Source of the DNA: Candidatus Eiseniibacteriota bacterium
GTDB lineage: Bacteria > Eisenbacteria > RBG-16-71-46
Direction: 5' to 3'
DNA: 64,000 nucleotides
Assembly: GCA_963707915.1 (NCBI GenBank)
Contig: OY970178.1
Span: forward strand, 864,001-928,000
Positions 50,321 to 59,794 of this stretch are shown here, in pieces. The notes under the pieces are model-generated. The model ran no database searches, had not been told where the DNA came from, and saw only the letters and a list, made by a program, of their open reading frames with translations. The stretch's first letter is position 1. Each line of letters begins with the position of its first letter. Made by a program: the position numbers and the translations under genes.

Positions 50321-50324
<4 letters not shown>
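48555..50324 (-). CDS. phoR: Phosphate regulon sensor kinase (HAMP-PAS-HisKA-HATPase)
   Basis: FVANVSHELRTPL, NLLDNAVKY, FERFYRVD and GGTGLGL motifs; context. Confidence 0.92.
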
Positions 50325-51025
<701 letters not shown>

Positions 51026-51043
51026 GGACCCTCCAGTCCGCGG

Positions 51044-51073
51044 ATGCTACGGGCCGCCGGAAACCAACGTCAA
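51044..51073 (-). promoter_or_regulatory. Putative sigma70 promoter of phoBR
   Basis: TTGACG-N18-TAGCAT; a second TTGACA lies 11 bp upstream. Confidence 0.45.
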
Positions 51074-51339
51074 TCGGCTGTCAACGACAATCGCCCCGCA
51101 GCCGCCCGTCGACGCTCCCGGCGAACGCATGGTCCACCGGCTTGCCGGGACGGGTGAGGTCGACCGCGACCCCGCGATTTGCACGGAATTGACCGGCCCG
51201 GGGGCAACCCGGCCGCATCCAAACCGGTGCGAGCAACCGGGGGTCGTCGGTCGTCCTGCCGGTGCAGGCTCCTCGTCGACTCGAGAGTCGGAACCTGCAG
51301 CGCTGGCCCGATCGGACTCCGATCTCCTGGGAGGCGATC

Positions 51340-51966
51340 ATGCACAAGGCCAGAGCGCTTACCTCCTTCTGCGCGGGCACCCTCCTGCTCGCGCTCGCAC
51401 AGGTCCCGGCCTCGGCGCAGACCTGGACCGAGGTCGACGATGCCGGCGACCTGCCGGCCACGGCGCAGGGCACGGCCGGCGGCAATGCTCTCACGACCCT
51501 CTCGGGCAACCTGGGCACACCTGCGGACGTGGACATGTACTGCGTCGCCGTGACGGACCCGGCCGTGTTCGCGGCCTGCCTGCAGTGCGTCCTGCCCCAG
51601 GGTCCGAACCTCTGGATCTTCGACGCGAACGGCAAGGGCGTCGCGGCGAACACGCTCTGCCAGGCGGGGTGCAAGGGCGTGACCAGCCCTCTCATCACCG
51701 TCCCGGGGACCTACTACGTCGCCGTGGCGTACGACCAGGTCTATCCGTATTCCGGTGCCGGCATCATGTGGAATCCGGCCTACGCCGCACAGCGCGCGCC
51801 GGACGGCCCCGGCGCGGCCGGAGTCGTCTCATCCTGGGCCGGCAGCCCAGATGTGCAGCCCCAGAATCCGTACCAGATCACCTTCCTCGGCGGCACCGGA
51901 TTCTGCAGCGAGGTCGTGTCGGCCCGCGGCATGACCTGGGGAAGGTTGAACCAGATCTACCGTTGA
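51340..51966 (+). CDS. Secreted PPC/DVUA0089-like protein with C-terminal TWGRLNQIYR tail
   Basis: Signal peptide ending ASAQ; DAGDLPATAQ, DVDMY, LWIFDANG, PGTYYVAV; GGGAGG RBS. Confidence 0.75.
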   Translation: MHKARALTSFCAGTLLLALAQVPASAQTWTEVDDAGDLPATAQGTAGGNALTTLSGNLGTPADVDMYCVAVTDPAVFAACLQCVLPQGPNLWIFDANGKGVAANTLCQAGCKGVTSPLITVPGTYYVAVAYDQVYPYSGAGIMWNPAYAAQRAPDGPGAAGVVSSWAGSPDVQPQNPYQITFLGGTGFCSEVVSARGMTWGRLNQIYR

Positions 51967-52037
51967 CGGCGTCTCGAGCGGTCCAGGTCCTTCCCTGCGG
52001 ATGCCCGGCCGGCGACGATGGAATGGAGTGACGCTGC

Positions 52038-52160
52038 TCAGCGCGTCGAGGCCCCCGCCTCGGCCGGCGCCGCGACGGCCGCGCTCTTCACGTACTTGTC
52101 GTACCACTCGATCACGCGCGCCCAGTAGTCGAGCACCGACTCCCGCGCCGCGGGCACGTG
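52038..52160 (-). pseudogene. C-terminal remnant of an S9 (prolyl oligopeptidase-family) peptidase
   Basis: HVPAARESVLDYWARVIEWYDKYVKS...* with no matching upstream coding sequence. Confidence 0.6.
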
Positions 52161-52203
52161 CCAACCTCGGGATGCACGCCTGCACCCGCCACGCCCGGTC
52201 CCC

Positions 52204-53482
52204 GGTAGCGTCAAGAGTCATGTGTCAGGAGGAAGGGGGCTGAGGTTCCGGCCTTGTGGTTTTCGTAGGTGAAGACGGCGAACAGGATGCGCTCCATGGA
52301 GGTGCGGTCACTGAAGACCCCCATGGGGCGCGTTCTTCTGCGGACCTCGCGGAAGCGGCGTTCGATGGCGTTGGTGGTGCGGGTGGCCTGGCGCCAGGCG
52401 GAATCGTCGAAGGCGAAGAACGCCAGCAGGTCCTCGAGGTCCTGCTGCAGGCAGCGGACCGCGGCCGGGTAGCGGGTGTGCCAGCGGTCGACCAGGTGCC
52501 GGGCGGCCGCTCGTGCAGTGGTGCGGTTGACTGCGTGGCTGATGCGGTGCAGGTCGCGCTTGACCCGCTCGCGGTCGGTGTCTCGCACCTTGTCGAGGAT
52601 GTTGCGGGTCTTGTGGGCCCAGCAGCGGCCGACCCGGACCCGCGGGTAGACCAGCGGCAGCGCGGCGAGCAGACCGGCACCGCCATCGGTGGCGATCAGG
52701 GTGAGGCCCTCGCCGGTGAGCCCGCGGGCATAGAGATCGTTGAGGAACGCCTCCCAGGCCGGCTGGCTCTCGGCCGGGGCGAGGCGGAAGTCGAGGATCT
52801 CCTTCTTCCCGGCGAGCGTGATCCCGAGCGCCACCAGCACGGGCCGGCGCAACGCCCCGGCGCCGCTCTTGCGGGCCAGCACCACGCCATCGAGCAGCAC
52901 GGCCCGGTAACGGTTGGCGAGCGGGCGACGATGGAACGCGGCGGCCGCCTCATCCAGGCCCCGCGCCACCCGGCTCACCGTCGCCGGGCTGACCCGCTCG
53001 CCCAGCAGGGGCAGCAGCGCCTCGCCCACCTTGCGGGTCGAAAGCCCGAGGACGAAGCCGGCCAGGATCACCCGCTCGAGTTGGGGCACCCGCCGGGCAT
53101 AGCGGCCCAGCACGGCGACCGCGCTGTAGGTCCGGGAGCGTGGCACCTGCAACTCCAGGACGCCGACCTCATGCCACAGCCAGCGGCGGTAGCTGCCATT
53201 GCGGCGGTCAGCGACCCCGGCCGCGGCCAGTTCGGCGATCCGGTTGCCCACCAGGCCGTGCATCCGCTCCTCGATCACCCGCCGGACCGCGGCCTGGCTC
53301 GCCTGCCTCAGCTCGTTCCACTCCGGCGCCTGCACCGCCATCGACTTGAGCATCCGCACCGCCTGCTTCACACTGCGCACCGCAGCGACCTGCTGCATGG
53401 GGGTACCTCCTTGAGGTGGTTGGCCCTGCCTCTGTTGGAGTACCCCCTTCCTTGTCCCTGACACAAACACTGGTACATCACC
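52204..53482 (-). mobile_element. Complete IS256-family insertion sequence (1279 bp)
   Basis: Imperfect TIRs GGTAGCGTCAAGAGTCATGTGTCAGG / GGTGATGTACCAGTGTTTGTGTCAGG; 9-bp duplication CCGGTCCCC at 52195-52203 and 53483-53491. Confidence 0.93.
52211..53398 (-). CDS. IS256-family (Mutator-type) transposase
   Basis: RRNGSY, GLSTRKV, LDG, TDG, RCWAHK and TTNAIER motifs; AAGGAGG RBS. Confidence 0.95.
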   Translation of the reverse strand: MQQVAAVRSVKQAVRMLKSMAVQAPEWNELRQASQAAVRRVIEERMHGLVGNRIAELAAAGVADRRNGSYRRWLWHEVGVLELQVPRSRTYSAVAVLGRYARRVPQLERVILAGFVLGLSTRKVGEALLPLLGERVSPATVSRVARGLDEAAAAFHRRPLANRYRAVLLDGVVLARKSGAGALRRPVLVALGITLAGKKEILDFRLAPAESQPAWEAFLNDLYARGLTGEGLTLIATDGGAGLLAALPLVYPRVRVGRCWAHKTRNILDKVRDTDRERVKRDLHRISHAVNRTTARAAARHLVDRWHTRYPAAVRCLQQDLEDLLAFFAFDDSAWRQATRTTNAIERRFREVRRRTRPMGVFSDRTSMERILFAVFTYENHKAGTSAPFLLTHDS

Positions 53483-53525
53483 CCGGTCCCCCGCACCGTT
53501 GCAATCCCGCGCCAATGCGCACAGG

Positions 53526-54443
53526 ATGGGGGCGCACGCCGGGGAGGGCTCGCAGTTGCAGCGTGACGCATGTCGTGGGATCTGGGTGCCGCTCGTGACC
53601 CCGTTCGTGGCGGACCGGCTCCAGCCGGACGCCGTGGCCCCGATGGTGGAGTGGTTGCTCGAACGCGGCATCGCAGGCTTCCTCGCGCTCGGCACCACGG
53701 GGGAGGCGCCGCACTGCAGCGATGACGAGTCCGTCGCGGTCGTGGACGCGGTGGTGCGCGCGGTGCGCGGGCGGGCGCCGGTGTTCGCGGGCAGCGGCCG
53801 GCCCGCGACCGCGGCGGCGATCGAGTGGACGCGCCGCATGGCCGGTGCGGGCGCCGACGCGGTGCTGGCCCTGACCCCGAACGCATACCGCGGCCGCATG
53901 GATGCCGCAGCCCTGGTCCGGCACTACCGCGGGCTGGCGGACGCGAGCCCGCTGCCCGTCTTCGTCTATCACATGCCGGACATGTCCGGCGTCGATCTCC
54001 CGGCCGGGACGCTGGTGGAGATCCTGGCGCACGAGAACCTCTGGGGCTTCAAGGACAGCTCGGCGGAGGGCGGGCCGCTGGCCGCCACGCTGGCGCGCGT
54101 GCCGACGCGCGGCTTCGTCGGCAGCGGCGCCCGCGTCGTCGAGGCGCTGGACGCCGGCGCCTGCGGCGCCATCCTGGCGGCGGCCCATGCGGCGCCCGAG
54201 GCCTGCGTGGCGCTCGAGGCCGCTTGGCGGGCGCACGACCGACCGCGCGCCGGTGCGCTGCAGGAGCAACTGCGCGGCCTGGTGGCGGCGTGGAAGGGCT
54301 GGGGGATCCCCGGGGTGAAGTACGCCGTGGCGGCACGCGGGCTGCCCGCGGGCGAGCCGCGCGCGCCGCTGCCGGCATGCCCCCCCGACGTGCGGGCGCG
54401 CATCGACGCGGCGCTCGCCGCGTTGGGCCATGCGCGGCCATGA
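53526..54443 (+). CDS. DHDPS/DapA-family class I aldolase
   Basis: LVTPF, LGTTGE, VYHMP and GFKDSS motifs; start uncertain. Confidence 0.88.
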   Translation: MGAHAGEGSQLQRDACRGIWVPLVTPFVADRLQPDAVAPMVEWLLERGIAGFLALGTTGEAPHCSDDESVAVVDAVVRAVRGRAPVFAGSGRPATAAAIEWTRRMAGAGADAVLALTPNAYRGRMDAAALVRHYRGLADASPLPVFVYHMPDMSGVDLPAGTLVEILAHENLWGFKDSSAEGGPLAATLARVPTRGFVGSGARVVEALDAGACGAILAAAHAAPEACVALEAAWRAHDRPRAGALQEQLRGLVAAWKGWGIPGVKYAVAARGLPAGEPRAPLPACPPDVRARIDAALAALGHARP

Positions 54444-54644
54444 GAGAGAGCGCGCCTGCGCCCTCCGGCCAGCGCGCTCTTGCTTGTTGGGCCGGTCCGT
54501 GCTGAGGTGGTGGCGGGTTCGCGCTCTTCCCGCACCAGACCGTGGGCACCTCCGACGCCCGCCCGTTGCCGTCCCGCAGCCCCGACCCGCTGCGCGGCCG
54601 CCGGAGCTTCCCAGCAGGCGGTGAATCGTCCCGCGGAGGCCGTC

Positions 54645-56312
54645 ATGCACAGGGCTGCTGCACTCTCGTTCGTGTGCCGGGGCATCTTCCTGCTCGTCCT
54701 GGGCTCCGGCTGCGCCGTGCGCTGCGCGACGGCGGCCGCGCTCGAAGGCTATTGCTGGCCGCTCTCGGCCGCGCCAGGCGACACGGTGGCCTTCATGGTG
54801 TCGAGCACCGCGACCTACCAGGTCACCTTCATGCGCTACCACCGGCTGAACGACGGCAACGTGGGCACGGCGCTGGCCACGCTGACGAACCTGCCCGCGG
54901 GCGTGCAGGCCGCGCCGGATTCCGGCTGGAAGGGCTGCAGCTGGGCCCCCAGCTTCCCGTTCGTCATCCCCGCCGACTGGACCTCGGGGATCTACGGGGC
55001 GGAGCTCTCCAGCCCGGGACTGACGACGTTCCGCATGTCGTTCGTCGTGAAGCCCTCCCCCAGCGCGCACGGGGACTTCGCGGTGCTCGCCAACACCAAC
55101 ACCTGGAGCGCCTACAACGACTGGGGCGGCCGGAGCAAGTACACCTCGACGCCCGGTCACGAGATCGGCTTCCTGCGGCCGAACCCCTACATCCACGCCA
55201 ACGGCGCGGGCGTGAACCACCTCACGCGGGCGGAGCTCTGGGTGCTGGACTGGCTGGCCTCGTGCGGATATGGCATCGATTCGTACTCCGACCTGGACTT
55301 GCACAACGGCATTCCCGGGCTCGACCTCTACAAGGGCCTCATCCTCCACACCCACCCGGAGTACTGGTCGGTCGAGATGATGGACCGGCTCGAGGGCTAC
55401 CTCGCCCAGGGCGGGTCCGTCCTCTACATCGGCGGCAACGGGATCTACGAGAAGGTCGTGTTCTCCTCCGACGGGACCCAGCTGACGTTCTTCCCCGAGT
55501 ACTGGAACGGCACGCGCGAGGCGCGCCGCCGCTCGTACTTCCGCAATCTCGACCCGCCGCGCCCCGAGCGCGCCGTGCTCGGCGTCGCCTACCGCTCGGA
55601 CGGCTACCAGACCTGGGCGCCGTTCCAGGTGCTCGACGCCGGCCACCGGTTCTTCGCGGGCACCGGCGTGTCGGACGGGAGCCTCATCGGCGCGTCGGGG
55701 CTGAACGGCGGCGGCGCGAGCGGCTGGGAGATGGACACCTCGATCCCGGGGCTCGCGGCGGACGGCGTCATCGTCGCGGCCTTCGGCAGTGACGACCGCG
55801 GCAGCCCGCCGGCGAACATCGCGCTGCTCGCGCGGGGGACGAACGCCGGCGGGTACGGAGCCGACATGACCTACTACCGGCACCCGGGCGGCGGCGGCGT
55901 GTTCGCGGCGGGCTCGCTGAGTTTCGGCGGCAGCCTGGTGATCGACCCGGTGCTCCAGCAGGTGGTCCGCAACGTGCTTGACGAGTTCCTCGATCCGCTC
56001 TCGGCGGTCGCCCCCGGCGTCCCGGGCAGCGTGAAGGCACCGGCCATCGAGATGGTCCGGCCCAATCCGTTCACCGCGAGCACCGCGTTCCGTTGCCGGC
56101 TCCCGCGCCCGGGCCGGGTGAGCCTGCGCGTGTTCGACGTCACCGGACGCGCGGTGCGCACGCTGGTCGACGAGATGCGGCCCGCGCAGGTCATGGAGAC
56201 GAGCTGGGACGGGCGCGACGACGCGGGCCGGATCGTGAGCGGCGGCATCTACCTGCTCCGGCTCAGGACCGGCGATCTCGACGAGAGCCGGAGGCTCCTG
56301 CGATTGAGGTAG
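54645..56312 (+). CDS. Secreted N,N-dimethylformamidase beta-subunit-family protein with C-terminal FlgD-Ig domain
   Basis: TWSAYNDWGG, HPEYWS, GGN, VFAAGS motifs; tail PNPF...VFDVTGRAVRTL...WDGRDDAG...GIYLLRL. Confidence 0.85.
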   Translation: MHRAAALSFVCRGIFLLVLGSGCAVRCATAAALEGYCWPLSAAPGDTVAFMVSSTATYQVTFMRYHRLNDGNVGTALATLTNLPAGVQAAPDSGWKGCSWAPSFPFVIPADWTSGIYGAELSSPGLTTFRMSFVVKPSPSAHGDFAVLANTNTWSAYNDWGGRSKYTSTPGHEIGFLRPNPYIHANGAGVNHLTRAELWVLDWLASCGYGIDSYSDLDLHNGIPGLDLYKGLILHTHPEYWSVEMMDRLEGYLAQGGSVLYIGGNGIYEKVVFSSDGTQLTFFPEYWNGTREARRRSYFRNLDPPRPERAVLGVAYRSDGYQTWAPFQVLDAGHRFFAGTGVSDGSLIGASGLNGGGASGWEMDTSIPGLAADGVIVAAFGSDDRGSPPANIALLARGTNAGGYGADMTYYRHPGGGGVFAAGSLSFGGSLVIDPVLQQVVRNVLDEFLDPLSAVAPGVPGSVKAPAIEMVRPNPFTASTAFRCRLPRPGRVSLRVFDVTGRAVRTLVDEMRPAQVMETSWDGRDDAGRIVSGGIYLLRLRTGDLDESRRLLRLR

Positions 56313-56337
56313 CGCCCGACCCGGTCCGGGCGCGTCC

Positions 56338-57870
56338 CTAGAAGAAGCTCTTCCGGCGACGCGACGGCGTGCCGAGCAACGCCCCCATCAGGCCGCGCAT
56401 GACCTGCGTGGTCGCCCGCCCGGCGATCGTCTTGACCAGCGGCGACGAGAGCACGCCGCCGATCGCCGAGGGCTCGGGCCGCGCCGCCCGCCTGCCCGGT
56501 GCGGCCGCATCGGCCGCGGGAGCCGCGGACGCCGCGCGGGCGTCCAGCAGCTCGCGGGCGCTCTCCCGGTCGATCGCCTGCGCGTAGTGCTTCACCTGCT
56601 GCGAGGCCGACAGGCGCTGCGCCATCTCGTCGTCGGCGAGCGGCCCCATGCGCGACGCGGGCGGCACCATGCGCACCGCGAACGGCGGCGTGGGCACGCC
56701 GTTCGGCGCCAGCACGGTGACCAGCGCCTCGCCGGTGCCGAGCGTCGTGAGCGTCTCCTCGATCACGTAGAACGCGGTCTTCGGGAAGGTGCGCGCCGCG
56801 GCCCGCAGCGCCTGCGCGTCGTCGGGGGTGAACGCCCGCAGCGCGTGCTGCACCCGGTTGCCGAGCTGCCCCAGGACCTCCTCCGGGATGTCCTTCGGGC
56901 TCTGCGTGACGAAGAAGATGCCGACGCCCTTCGAGCGCACGAGGCGCACCACTTGCTGCACCTCCTGCAGGAACTCCCTGCTCGCGCCGTCGAACAGCAG
57001 GTGCGCCTCGTCGAAGAAGAAGACGAGCTTCGGCTGGTCGAGATCGCCGACCTCGGGCAGGTCGTGGTAGAGATGGGCGAGCATCCACATCATGAACGTG
57101 GAGAACAGCGCCGGCCGCTCCTGCACGTCGCCCAGCTCGAGCACGCTCACCAGGCCCCGGCCGTCGCGCTCCACCTGCAGCAGGTCGTCGATGGCGAACT
57201 CGGGCTCGCCGAAGAACGCGCCGGCGCCCTGCTGCTCCAGCTCGACCATCTCGCGCAGCAGCACGCCCACGGTCTGCTTCGACATGCCGCCGTAGTCCTT
57301 GAGCTGCTGCGCCCCCTGGTCGGACAGGTACTGCAGCACCGAGCGCAGGTCGGAGAAGTCGAGCAGCAGCAGCTTCTGGTCGTCGCAGTACTTGAACACC
57401 ATGGCCAGCACGCTCGACTGGGTCTCGTTGAGCCCGAGCACCCTGGCCAGCAGCAGCGGCCCGAACGACGACACGGTCGCGCGCAACTGCGCGCCCTTGC
57501 GGCCCGTGAGACTCAGGAACTCGACCGGGAACGGCGCCGCGCTCCAGGCATGGCCGGTGTCCTTGGCCCGCTGGAGGACCTTGTCGTTGCCCTCCCCGGC
57601 CGCGCCGATGCCCGACACGTCGCCCTTGATGTCGGCGAGAAACACCGCCACGCCCTGCGCCGAGAGCTGCTCCGCCATGAGCTGCAGGGTCTTCGTCTTG
57701 CCGGTGCCCGTCGCACCCGCGATGAGACCGTGACGGTTCATCATCGCGATCGGGATGCGGACGAGCGGCTCCGGATGGCACTCGCCCGCGTGGACCACTG
57801 CCCCCAGCGTGATGGTCTTGCCCTTCGCGGGGAACGCGCCGCGGGCGGCTTCGAGAACCTTTGGGTCCAT
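56338..57870 (-). CDS. HerA-like/DUF853 (YjgR-family) ATPase
   Basis: NRHGLIAGATGTGKTKTLQ, FFFDEAHLLF and RVQHALRAFTP motifs. Confidence 0.93.
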   Translation of the reverse strand: MDPKVLEAARGAFPAKGKTITLGAVVHAGECHPEPLVRIPIAMMNRHGLIAGATGTGKTKTLQLMAEQLSAQGVAVFLADIKGDVSGIGAAGEGNDKVLQRAKDTGHAWSAAPFPVEFLSLTGRKGAQLRATVSSFGPLLLARVLGLNETQSSVLAMVFKYCDDQKLLLLDFSDLRSVLQYLSDQGAQQLKDYGGMSKQTVGVLLREMVELEQQGAGAFFGEPEFAIDDLLQVERDGRGLVSVLELGDVQERPALFSTFMMWMLAHLYHDLPEVGDLDQPKLVFFFDEAHLLFDGASREFLQEVQQVVRLVRSKGVGIFFVTQSPKDIPEEVLGQLGNRVQHALRAFTPDDAQALRAAARTFPKTAFYVIEETLTTLGTGEALVTVLAPNGVPTPPFAVRMVPPASRMGPLADDEMAQRLSASQQVKHYAQAIDRESARELLDARAASAAPAADAAAPGRRAARPEPSAIGGVLSSPLVKTIAGRATTQVMRGLMGALLGTPSRRRKSFF

Positions 57871-58097
57871 GTCGATCGACCTCCGGGTGGACGTCCGGTT
57901 CCATGCTAGCCACCTCCCCACCCTCGCGCAACGGCCGCCCCCGGCGGCGCGCCCACGACCGGCCTGCGTCGGAGCGCGGGCGTCCGGCGGCCATTGGCCA
58001 CGGGCGGCGCGGCCGCCTAGAGTCGGGTCGGACTCGCCCGTCGCGGCCCCGGCCTCCTGCCGGCCCGGTGGCGGGGTCCCCGGGAGAACGCGGAGCC

Positions 58098-58328
58098 ATG
58101 ACCGATCGGCAGCCCAACAACCCCCTGCACGGGGTCACGCTCGAGATGATGCTGCGTCAGATGGTGGACCGCTTCGGCTGGGACGGCCTGGCGAGGGACG
58201 TCCCGATCCGCTGCTTCCTCGTGGATCCGACCATGACTTCGGCGCTCAAGTACCTGCGCAAGGCGCCGCGCGCGCGCCAGAAGGTCGAGGAGACCTACGC
58301 GCGCTTCGTGGCCGGCCGCGCGCGCTGA
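58098..58328 (+). CDS. VF530/DUF2132-family small protein
   Basis: QPNNPLHGVTLE...GWDGL...IRCF..DP...SALKYLRK.P.ARQKVE. Confidence 0.9.
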   Translation: MTDRQPNNPLHGVTLEMMLRQMVDRFGWDGLARDVPIRCFLVDPTMTSALKYLRKAPRARQKVEETYARFVAGRAR

Positions 58329-59494
58329 CCGCGCGGCGTCGCGCCGGCCGGGCGGTCGACCGCCTCCGCCGGGATCACCTGGCCTTCGCGCAGGCGCACG
58401 CGGCGCATGACGATGCCCAGTTCGCGCTGGTAGCGGCCGACCAGGCGCACCTCCGGCTCGGTCAGCAGGGTGACCGCCTGCCCCTTCGCGCCCGCGCGCC
58501 CGGTGCGACCGACCCGGTGCAGGTAGGCCTGGCTCAGCGTCGGCACGTCGAGATTGAGGACGTGGGTCACGCCCGGGAGGTCGAGCCCGCGCGCGGCCAC
58601 GTCCGAGGCGACCATCACGCGCACGCGGCCGCTGCGGAAGTCGTCCATCGCCTGCTTGCGGTCGAGCTTCCGCGCGGTGGCGTGCAGCTCCACCGCCGGG
58701 ATCCGGTGATGGGCGAGCTGCGCGGCGACCCGGTCGGCGGTCGCCGCCTGGTGCGCGAAGACCAGGGCGCGCTCGGGGCGGAGCGCGTGCAGCAGCTTGC
58801 GCAGCAGTTCCGGCTTGTCGCGCTCCTGGCACACCAGGTAGAGGTGCTCGATGTCCTGGTTCACGGGCGTGGCCCCGGTCCGCAGGACCGTCAGCCCGGG
58901 CGCGAGCGCCGCGAGCGCGGCCGTGCACTCCGTCCGCTCCGTGGCCGACGCGAAGACCAGTTGGCGCCCGCCCGGCGCCGCCTGGAGCACGGCCTGCACG
59001 TCGGGCAGGCTCTCGGCGTCCATCAGGCGGTCGACCTCGTCGAGCACCACGCAGCCGATCGCCTGGGTCTTCAGCTTGCCCATCGCGACCAGGGCGCGGA
59101 TGCGGCCCGGCGAGCCCACCACGACGTGCGGTCGGGCCTTGAGCTTGTCGAGCTGGCGCTCCATCGAGGTCCCGCCGATGAGCAGCAGCGTGCGGATCGG
59201 CCGGCCGGCGTGCTGCGCGAGCTCGCAGCATTCCCGCTGGATCTGGATGGCCAGCTCGTGGGTGGGCGCCAGCACCACGACCTGCGTGGCCGCGACGCCG
59301 GTGTCGAGCCGCGCGAAGAGCGGCAGCAGGTAGGCCAGCGTCTTGCCGGTGCCGGTCTCGGAGTTGAGGTAGACGTCGCTGCCCCGCAGCAGCAGCGGCA
59401 GCGCCGCGATCTGGATCGCGGTGGGTTCGGTGATGTGCCGCTTCGCGAGAGCCGCGATCAGATCGGCGGGGACGTCGAGTTCCGCGAAGGTCAT
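58295..59494 (-). CDS. DEAD-box RNA helicase (DEVD variant)
   Basis: PTAIQ, SETGTGKT, PTHEL, DEVD, SAT, ARGLD and HRVGRTGR motifs. Confidence 0.93.
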   Translation of the reverse strand: MTFAELDVPADLIAALAKRHITEPTAIQIAALPLLLRGSDVYLNSETGTGKTLAYLLPLFARLDTGVAATQVVVLAPTHELAIQIQRECCELAQHAGRPIRTLLLIGGTSMERQLDKLKARPHVVVGSPGRIRALVAMGKLKTQAIGCVVLDEVDRLMDAESLPDVQAVLQAAPGGRQLVFASATERTECTAALAALAPGLTVLRTGATPVNQDIEHLYLVCQERDKPELLRKLLHALRPERALVFAHQAATADRVAAQLAHHRIPAVELHATARKLDRKQAMDDFRSGRVRVMVASDVAARGLDLPGVTHVLNLDVPTLSQAYLHRVGRTGRAGAKGQAVTLLTEPEVRLVGRYQRELGIVMRRVRLREGQVIPAEAVDRPAGATPRGQRARPATKRA

Positions 59495-59794
59495 GGAGGT
59501 GCCCGGTTGGAGGACGCGTAGCGCGGCAGGTCGGCAGCGTACTCCAAAGCAGCGGCGACTGCGTCACGGCCTGCGCCGACGCCGCGCGCGGCCGGCCCCT
59601 CCAGTGGCCCGGCGCCGCCTTTCGGGGCACCGGCCGGGACGCGGGCGCATCCCAACAGCGGGACGTCGCGACCGCAGACCTCCCCGATGGTCGCGACCCC
59701 GAATCGCAGGAGGGCAGCCTCGAACCACCCCGTGGTCACCCCGCCCCTTCCCGCTGTCGCCGGTTCCCGTTGGACACGGAGGCTCGACCCCCTC

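Noticed and set aside
56338..57870. HerA-like ATPase as part of an anti-phage system
   Set aside because: It has DUF853/YjgR signatures and no adjacent nuclease, SIR2 or NurA partner.
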